Source of the DNA: Fibrobacteria bacterium
GTDB taxonomy: Bacteria > Fibrobacterota > Chitinivibrionia > Chitinivibrionales > FEN-1185
Assembly: GCA_037447435.1 (NCBI GenBank)
Contig: JBBIGR010000016.1
Span: 30,502 to 94,501, forward strand
Reading direction: 5' to 3'
Length of the DNA: 64,000 nt
This document shows positions 57,370-64,000 of the stretch, piece after piece. Below the pieces are notes generated by a model. That model made no database searches. It was not told the DNA's origin and saw only the letters and a program-made list of their open reading frames with translations. Both the position numbers and the translations under genes were made by a program. Each line of letters opens with the position of its first letter. The first letter of the stretch is position 1.

Positions 57370-59255
57370 GCCACAGCGTCTTTGGAAGCTTGTATCAAAA
57401 GTTCATTGACGCGCTTTGCATATGCCGAAACGTCCTTGACGCTTTGGCCCGCCGAAATGAGGGCCTGGTCGTACAGTAATTTAACCCATTCGTCAAGAAG
57501 CGCCGATTTGGCGTCTTTTGCATACAATGCGTTGAGGTTCTGAAAAATGGGATGCGACGCGTTGATTTCCATTATCGCTTTGGTTTGAGGCACGTCTTGT
57601 CCCATGGATTTCATCATGCGTTCCATGACGGGACCCATATCGTGCTCATCGGCCACTAAACAACACGGACTGTCTTTGAGGCGCGTCGTGATGCGGACGT
57701 CTTTGACCGTATCGGTAAGGATGTTCTTTATCCGTTCGGTAAGTTTCTTGAATTGCGATTCAAGTTTGTCTTTTTCCTTGTTTTCCTCTTTGCCGAGATC
57801 TCCGAGGTCCAAATCGCCTTTTGCAACGCTTTTAAGCTGTTTGCCGTCGTAATTGTAGAGGTCGTTGACAAGCCATTCGTCGATAGGATCGGTAAAGTAC
57901 AGCACCTCGATGCTTTTATCGCGGAAGACTTCGAGATGCGGGCTTTTTTCAACAATGGCTCGTGATTCGCCTGTTATATAATAAATGTGCTTTTGCCCTT
58001 CACGCATGCGGCCGACATATTGCTTAAGCGAAACCATATCGTCGGGCGTATCGGACAAAGACGATTCGAAACGCAAAAGCTCTGTAAGCTTTTCCTTGTT
58101 TTCGTAATCGGAATGGACGCCTTCCTTGAGAACCGCGCCGAATTGCTTCCAAAACGAGTTGTAGGCGGTCGGCTCATTCGCTGCCATGTCGGACAGTTTG
58201 GAAAGGACCTTGGCAACGAGTGTTTTTTTCATTTTTTCGATTACGGGATTATGCTGCAACATTTCGCGAGATACGTTGAGGGGCAGGTCTTCGGAATCGA
58301 CGACACCCTTTACAAACCGAAGATATTCCGGAAACAGTTCCTTACAATGGTCCATGATAAAGACGCGCTTGACATACAGCTTGACTCCGTGCACCCGTTC
58401 GGGCATGAACAAGTCGAACGGCGCCTTGGAAGGCAAATACAGGACAAAGGAATATTCCAGCACGCCCTCGGCCTTGCTGTGTATGGTTGCGCTGGGTTTG
58501 TCGAAACCGCCTACCTGTTTGAAAAATTCCTCATATTGCTCGCTGGTAATATCCATTGGCTGCCGTTTCCATAACGGCTTGGTTTCGTTGATGATTTCGT
58601 CGTGGCCTTTATCGTTTGGAAAGTAGATGGGGAAAGCGATGAAATCGGAAAATTTCTTTATAACGGAACGGACGGTATAATTTTCGGCGTATTCGCCTTC
58701 GTCTTCTTTAAGGTATACCGTGATTTCGGTGCCGCGGGACTCTTTGTCGGTCTCGGAGATTGAATAATCGCTTTCGCCGGTCGATTCCCACAATACCGCA
58801 GGGCCGGTTGCGCCGGCGCGTTTTGTGACCAGCTTGACACGGGACGCTACCATAAAAACGGAATAAAAACCGACGCCGAATTGACCGATAAGATTAGAGT
58901 CGACCTTTTGGTCGCCGGTAAGGCTTTCGACAAACGCCTTTGAACCGCTTCTGGCGATGGTGCCGATGTTTTCGATGACTTCTTCGCGAGTCATGCCGAT
59001 GCCGTTATCGGAAATGGTCACGGTTTTTGCAGTCTTGTCCACCTTGACTTTGACACAAAGTTCGGTGTCTGCGCCGAGCAGCGCGGTATTGGTAAGCGAT
59101 TCGAACCGAAGTTTGTCACAGGCATCCGAAGCATTGGAAATGAGTTCGCGTAAAAAAACTTCCTTATGAGAATACAGCGAATGGATCATGAGATGCAACA
59201 GCTGTTTTACCTCGGTTTGAAAGCCGAGTTTTTGTTCTTTTTGCGTTTCGGCCAT
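57366..59255 (-). CDS. htpG: Chaperone HtpG (Hsp90)
   Basis: FLRELISNASDA, DNGIGM, IGQFGVGFYS, LPLNVSRE. Confidence 0.98.
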   Translation of the reverse strand: MAETQKEQKLGFQTEVKQLLHLMIHSLYSHKEVFLRELISNASDACDKLRFESLTNTALLGADTELCVKVKVDKTAKTVTISDNGIGMTREEVIENIGTIARSGSKAFVESLTGDQKVDSNLIGQFGVGFYSVFMVASRVKLVTKRAGATGPAVLWESTGESDYSISETDKESRGTEITVYLKEDEGEYAENYTVRSVIKKFSDFIAFPIYFPNDKGHDEIINETKPLWKRQPMDITSEQYEEFFKQVGGFDKPSATIHSKAEGVLEYSFVLYLPSKAPFDLFMPERVHGVKLYVKRVFIMDHCKELFPEYLRFVKGVVDSEDLPLNVSREMLQHNPVIEKMKKTLVAKVLSKLSDMAANEPTAYNSFWKQFGAVLKEGVHSDYENKEKLTELLRFESSLSDTPDDMVSLKQYVGRMREGQKHIYYITGESRAIVEKSPHLEVFRDKSIEVLYFTDPIDEWLVNDLYNYDGKQLKSVAKGDLDLGDLGKEENKEKDKLESQFKKLTERIKNILTDTVKDVRITTRLKDSPCCLVADEHDMGPVMERMMKSMGQDVPQTKAIMEINASHPIFQNLNALYAKDAKSALLDEWVKLLYDQALISAGQSVKDVSAYAKRVNELLIQASKDAVA

Positions 59256-59520
59256 TATGGTTCTCCTTTTTGGGTGGCGATATTTTTTACTATTTAATAG
59301 CAATGTGGTGTAATGTTACGAAAGCAGCATAAAATAAATTTTGCGCAAAAGAAAATGAAAAAAGCGTGAAATGCGAAGGAATTGGGCAAATAATCTTGGG
59401 TCACGCCAGGGCGGATAAACTGCTAAAAAGCTCACCGGCGCCAATCAGCTATGTCGCTCGGATTGCTCTGCTCAGTCGCGGCCCGGTCTGTGATGCCCGA
59501 GGCCCCGGCAATAATTTTTC

Positions 59521-59548
59521 TAAAGTCCTGCAAAACCCTATCCGATAT
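59521..59548 (+). promoter_or_regulatory. Putative sigma-28 promoter
   Basis: TAAA-N16-TCCGATAT ending 75 nt upstream of the ATG at 59624. Confidence 0.6.
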
Positions 59549-59623
59549 ACCTAAAAGCAGAAGTCTATTTTTTTAATAAGAATGTGAAATGGGCTGCTAT
59601 TAAACCTTTTTTAAGAGAACATT

Positions 59624-60238
59624 ATGCCGGTTACCGCAGTTAATTCTTATATAAATCAGCAGGATATGAATGGTTCATATCCTAAAAAAGACAATGCAGC
59701 CGAAATACCCGGGACAAAAAGCAGCACTCAAACCGGTGGGGCAGCTAAAAAACAGCTTACGCCGGACCAGGAAAAAGAAGTTGAAAAGCTTAAAAAACGC
59801 GATCAGGATGTGAGAGCGCATGAAATGGCCCATGTCGCCGCAGGCGGTGCCAATATAAAGGGTGGAGTCAGTTATTCATATCAAAAAGGACCTGACGGCA
59901 CAATGTATGCGATAGGCGGAGAGGTCTCCATCGACGTTTCTCCTGTCAAAAACGACCCGCGGGCAACCATTAACAAAATGGAAGCGGTGAAACGTGCCGC
60001 GCTCGCTCCTGCCGATCCTTCGGGCGCAGATAGATCGGTTGCGGCAGCAGCATCGCAGGCAGAAGCTGCTGCCCAGCAGGAATTGGCACAACAGAAAAAC
60101 GGAAAAACAGGTTCCCCGGAAGGTTCAGCTGACAAATCCAAATCGAAAGGGTCCGCAACATCTTCTTATAATTCAAACGGCACAAAAAATCCTATTGTCA
60201 ATGAATCGCAGATATCCTCAATAAATATGGTCGTTTAA
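59624..60238 (+). CDS. SprA-related (PF12118-like) putative metalloprotease-family protein
   Basis: RDQDVRAHEMAH, YQKGPDG..YAIGGEVSID, AALAPADPS..D.SVA. Confidence 0.88.
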   Translation: MPVTAVNSYINQQDMNGSYPKKDNAAEIPGTKSSTQTGGAAKKQLTPDQEKEVEKLKKRDQDVRAHEMAHVAAGGANIKGGVSYSYQKGPDGTMYAIGGEVSIDVSPVKNDPRATINKMEAVKRAALAPADPSGADRSVAAAASQAEAAAQQELAQQKNGKTGSPEGSADKSKSKGSATSSYNSNGTKNPIVNESQISSINMVV

Positions 60239-60412
60239 TCCGTTTAAATAAATTGGGATTTGTGCGGTTTCGCCCTATTTAATCTCTTTAAATAAAAATT
60301 CCCTACTCATTAAAATTGTATTATATTGTTTAAGGGTTTAAATAAGTTGAATTTAAATAAACATTATTGTACGATTTTTCCAGGCTCATGCTATGGGCAA
60401 GCAACTATACAA

Positions 60413-61381
60413 ATGGAACGTTTCAGGTTTACTATACTTGTTTTTATTTTTGCAATAACGGCGTTGTGCGCAAATACGCCCCTTACCGACAGTATTCAGG
60501 GCGGTCGCACAGTTGCTTTGCAAGAAAAAGATTCTTTGAAAACCCGGATATTGCCGTACAGTCCGGCCATTGCTTTGACAAGTTCGATTGTCATTCCGGG
60601 AGCCGGGCAGGTATATACGCATCAGTATTTGAAAGCCGGACTTTTTCTGGTGGCCGAGGTCGGCGTCGGATTATTCGGCTATCAGCGTTATATTTGGGAG
60701 CAGGGGCTGAATCATGAAGCGGACAGTTTTGAAATACTCGCGTCAAAAAATAACGGCAAAATGGTCATCGATTCGGTAAAAAAAGACACCTTGTTTCCGG
60801 GAATAAGTTATCAGTTACTTGCGGATAAAGACAGGTATGATGCCAAGGAAACGCGTTTTGTCGTTAATCAATGTATCTCTTGGGGTTTGGGAATTTATTA
60901 TTATAATGTCATGGATGCGTTGCATGCGACGAAATTGTTTCACGACGATTTGAAACGCGACCCTGCGGTTGCGGGGTGGCTGTCGGCAATTCCGGCTTTG
61001 GGACTCGGCCAGTTATACAATGGAGAACTTTCCAAAGCGGGGATGATTTTTATGACGCAATTTAATCTCGGGTATTTGGCCGTCAACTATCATCTGTTAA
61101 TGCGCGATTGTGAAAATTACGAATTGTCGATGCAGTCCGATCCGCATACGAGAGCGGCGTTTAATGCGAACGGATTGAATAACGATTGGGAAAACAGGCG
61201 GAAAAACGCGTTCCGCAACAGGAACATGTACATATGGTATTCGATACTTTTTTACATATACGGCGTTCTGGACGCCGTTGTCGACGCTCACTTGCATGAT
61301 GCAGGGGTGAAAATGAAATTGGAACCCGATCTTGTTCCTATCAACAAACAAGTCGGAATGACCATGACAATGCCGTTTTAA
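60413..61381 (+). CDS. Membrane protein with two DUF5683-like repeats
   Basis: P.IA..S.VIPGAGQVY and PAVA..LSAIPALGLGQLYN; DA.VDAHL. Confidence 0.75.
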   Translation: MERFRFTILVFIFAITALCANTPLTDSIQGGRTVALQEKDSLKTRILPYSPAIALTSSIVIPGAGQVYTHQYLKAGLFLVAEVGVGLFGYQRYIWEQGLNHEADSFEILASKNNGKMVIDSVKKDTLFPGISYQLLADKDRYDAKETRFVVNQCISWGLGIYYYNVMDALHATKLFHDDLKRDPAVAGWLSAIPALGLGQLYNGELSKAGMIFMTQFNLGYLAVNYHLLMRDCENYELSMQSDPHTRAAFNANGLNNDWENRRKNAFRNRNMYIWYSILFYIYGVLDAVVDAHLHDAGVKMKLEPDLVPINKQVGMTMTMPF

Positions 61382-61446
61382 TGCAGATAAATAAAATTTT
61401 TGGGTCTTATACGTTCACATTGAAAACTTTCTAAAGGAAACACACT

Positions 61447-62436
61447 ATGCCGGTTACACTCAAAGACATTGCCGAACGCGCGGGTGTTACGTCTGCCACC
61501 GTTTCCATGGTCATCAATAACAAGCCGAACATTTCGGAAACCACCCGTCGTAAAGTGCTGAAAATAGCACGTGAACTCAATTATTACCCGAACGTCATAG
61601 CCCGCGGTCTTGCGACGCGAAAGTCGAATTCGATCGGCGTGATCGTACCCAATCTCGCCTCGTCGTTTGTCGTCCGTATTTTGCAGGGTATCAAAAGCAC
61701 CAATCGCGATGTGGATTATACCGTGACCCTTTTCGATACCGTCGGACAAAAGGAAAACGAATCGCAGTTGTTCCAGCGCCTGGCCCGCGAACGCCGTATC
61801 GACGGAGCAATTCTCATCGGCGCAACCGTGTCCGAAGAGGAAATGCAGATCTTCCGCGACGAAAGCGTGCCCTGCATCGTGGTCGCGCGCCGTTGCGACA
61901 TCCTGGATTCTGTGTTTGTCAATAATGCCCAGGGAGCGGAAGACGCTACCGAATATTTGATAGGCAAAGGACATAAGAATATCGCATGCGTCACATGCCG
62001 CAAACAGAACCTGCCGACCGAAGAACGTGTCGCAGGGTATAAAAAGGCGCTTGCCAACCATGCTATCCCGTTCAACGAAAAATTCGAATTCGACGTGGAC
62101 GACGATACGATCGACGCCGGCGAAAAAGTTTTCGACAGCATTCGCGCCGCAGGCGTCACCGCGGTATTTGTACCAGCCGGAGACATGGCTGCCATCGGGA
62201 TCATCAAAGAAGCGAAAAACAAAGGCATCCTGGTGCCGACATCGCTTGCGGTCGTCGGCTTCGACGACATTCCTGCAGCAGAAGTCGTTGAGCCGACCCT
62301 GACGACGGTACGTCAGCCCAAGCTTGAAATGGGCGATTATGCCATCAACATGATTGTTGATAAATTAGAAGGCCGGGAATCGGAACTCAAGCACAAGGAA
62401 TTGCCGACGAAGTTTATAGTCCGGGAATCGACCTAA
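61447..62436 (+). CDS. LacI-family transcriptional regulator
   Basis: TLKDIAERAGVT.ATVS.VIN, LNYYPN..AR.L, VVGFDD, LTTVRQP. Confidence 0.96.
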   Translation: MPVTLKDIAERAGVTSATVSMVINNKPNISETTRRKVLKIARELNYYPNVIARGLATRKSNSIGVIVPNLASSFVVRILQGIKSTNRDVDYTVTLFDTVGQKENESQLFQRLARERRIDGAILIGATVSEEEMQIFRDESVPCIVVARRCDILDSVFVNNAQGAEDATEYLIGKGHKNIACVTCRKQNLPTEERVAGYKKALANHAIPFNEKFEFDVDDDTIDAGEKVFDSIRAAGVTAVFVPAGDMAAIGIIKEAKNKGILVPTSLAVVGFDDIPAAEVVEPTLTTVRQPKLEMGDYAINMIVDKLEGRESELKHKELPTKFIVREST

Positions 62437-62448
62437 AAAAGTTGGAAG

Positions 62449-62477
62449 TTGACTTTTCCCTTAAGATCAGCTATTAT
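62449..62477 (+). promoter_or_regulatory. Sigma-70 promoter of ssrA
   Basis: TTGACT-17 nt-TATTAT. Confidence 0.75.
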
Positions 62478-62509
62478 TAAGCCGTAATCAATATGGTCTT
62501 TGAAAATTT

Positions 62510-62862
62510 GGGGGTGCACTGGTTTCGACGGGGAATGAGAGATTCAGACAGCATGCCGAGGATATCGGTTGGCCTCGTAAATCATCCGGTAAAAAATAAT
62601 CGCAAACGATTATTCTTACTCAATGGCTGCCTAAATAAAGGCGGCCGACTTGTTGGCCGGTTAGCGTTCACTGGATAACAAGTAAAAAGCATGAACGATA
62701 GTTTCGCGGGGCGCCTTGACTGCGGAATGAAGTTTATCGGGGCTGGTTTTCTGCGGAGCCTGTTTGTCGGTGCCGCAGACAACGAGATTAATAGACAGAC
62801 TAAGCATGTAGCGGTCGGCTTGGATCGTTCTTCGGACATGGGTTCAATTCCCATCACCTCCA
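62510..62862 (+). ncRNA. ssrA: tmRNA
   Basis: 5' GGGGGTG..GGTTTCGACGGG; 3' T-arm GGTTCAATTCCC plus CACCTCCA giving a G3-U alanine stem; tag ANDYSYSMAA* at 62602-62634. Confidence 0.96.
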
Positions 62863-62870
62863 TTATTGTT

Positions 62871-62920
62871 AATAAAAAAACCTTTCATGCAAACAATTGC
62901 GTGGAAGGTTTTTTTTATTA
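62871..62920 (+). terminator. Intrinsic terminator after ssrA
   Basis: AAAAAACCTTTCATGCAA..TTGCGTGGAAGGTTTTTTTT. Confidence 0.85.
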
Positions 62921-63130
62921 TTTACAGATGATATCCGCGCCGTGGGTACCGCGAAAAAACTAAAACAGAACTTAAAAAAACGACAATTTTGTCGTTTTTT
63001 TTTAATGCAGAAGTTTAGATTTATTATTTCCATCACCTTAAAAACGGTATTATACAAATACGGTCTATCGCATTCTGAAAAGGACCCCTTATAACCTGAT
63101 TCTTTATTACCAATTTTTATACAGGGCACT

Positions 63131-63943
63131 ATGTCAAAAGATCCATTTCATTTTTTAGCCGGTTCAATTTGCGTTGTCATTGTTTCCGCAAACGATAACC
63201 TTACTGCAAAAGCTTTTGAATGCAAGGCCGATTTTCCTTTATATCATATTGTCAGGGTAAAATCGATACAGGAAGCCGATAAGGAATTGTTGAAAAACCC
63301 TTGCCATATTTGTCTGGATGATTTAACTATAAGTCAAAATTCAAATAAGTTTGAATTCCTACAAAAATACGGAAGAAAAATTCCGGTTATCGTCATAGCA
63401 AAAAACGGTTCAATAGAAGACGGCTTTGCAGCCGGACGATACGGTGCAAGGGAAGTAATCTCCATTAATACTGCTTTTTATTTACATCGCCTCATGGATG
63501 CAATGAATGCTCTGTTTATTAAAACTTTTTTAATACCCGACTTAGGAAAATTAGAAGACAAGCTCGCAAAACATTGTGCGGATGCGCTTTTTGATCAACA
63601 ACCGGACTCCATATCCTGCTGGGCCGAAATCTCGGATATTGACGCAACATACTTGAGAAGAAAATGGGAACAATGGACAAAGACAAAACCAAGGGAATCG
63701 TTATTTTTAGTAAATCTCTATAGAAGGGCATTCGAATATTATAAATTAGCTCCAAACGAAAAAAAATATTATAACGAACGCTCTTCTACTTTGAAAAGAA
63801 TGCAGAACCATTTCCGGTGTAATAGAAGCAGGATGATGCAAATCCTTTTCAGAGCTAAGAAAGTTGATGGTGGTAGGCAAGAGGCGTTATATTTTGACAA
63901 TATTAGTTTAGAATTAGCAATTAATGATGATAAAATTCAATAG
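63131..63943 (+). CDS. Atypical receiver-domain protein with an AraC-like HTH
   Basis: CLDD..IPVIVI..GSIEDGF.A..GA; SI..WA..YLRR.W..P HTH; AT-rich. Confidence 0.6.
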   Translation: MSKDPFHFLAGSICVVIVSANDNLTAKAFECKADFPLYHIVRVKSIQEADKELLKNPCHICLDDLTISQNSNKFEFLQKYGRKIPVIVIAKNGSIEDGFAAGRYGAREVISINTAFYLHRLMDAMNALFIKTFLIPDLGKLEDKLAKHCADALFDQQPDSISCWAEISDIDATYLRRKWEQWTKTKPRESLFLVNLYRRAFEYYKLAPNEKKYYNERSSTLKRMQNHFRCNRSRMMQILFRAKKVDGGRQEALYFDNISLELAINDDKIQ

Positions 63944-64000
63944 CAAACCCCGCCGTTTCTGAGATCATGTCCGTTTTCCCGGTTTAATTAAACTAAATTA

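Noticed and set aside
59285..59330. CIRCE operator upstream of htpG
   Set aside because: TAGCA..TGTTA does not match TTAGCACTC-N9-GAGTGCTAA in sequence or spacing
61410..61440. LacI autoregulatory operator
   Set aside because: TGAAAACTTTCTA lacks the central CG and good symmetry
62493..62963. ORFs 62493-62678, 62582-62863 and 62691-62963
   Set aside because: They overlap the tmRNA gene and are spurious
1..64000. CRISPR array, tRNA, rRNA, transposase or integrase
   Set aside because: No regularly spaced repeats, cloverleafs (other than the tmRNA ends) or recombinase motifs were found by eye

Overview
Mostly ordinary bacterial chromosome of about 50% GC. A TIGR02147-type regulator, a DUF2341/LamG surface protein, a Zn-free DksA and the tmRNA tag ANDYSYSMAA suggest Fibrobacterota, probably Chitinivibrionia/Chitinispirillia-like (inference). 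Housekeeping genes include scpB, mutS, gmd, PBP1A, uvrC, dprA, ftsB, recO, lepB, prmA, thiC, dksA, lpxH, mscL, htpG and ssrA. Accessory modules lie between them: two B12-radical-SAM genes with an EamA exporter, an MNT-HEPN toxin-antitoxin pair plus a second MNT remnant, a Ser/Thr-kinase/beta-helix/DUF2341 operon, a Cys-Trp/STAS/Cys-Trp protein, an orphan PD-(D/E)XK protein, and a subtilase/TIGR02147/lipoprotein cassette. The two most unusual items are (i) an internally duplicated atypical kinase-pseudokinase protein (47564-49294) and (ii) a 60-aa very acidic protein behind a perfect TTGACA-17-TATAAT promoter, back-to-back with the sigma-28 promoter of a flgM-like gene. No CRISPR array, rRNA, tRNA, transposase or integrase was seen. 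Family assignments come from motif recognition only; no searches were run.
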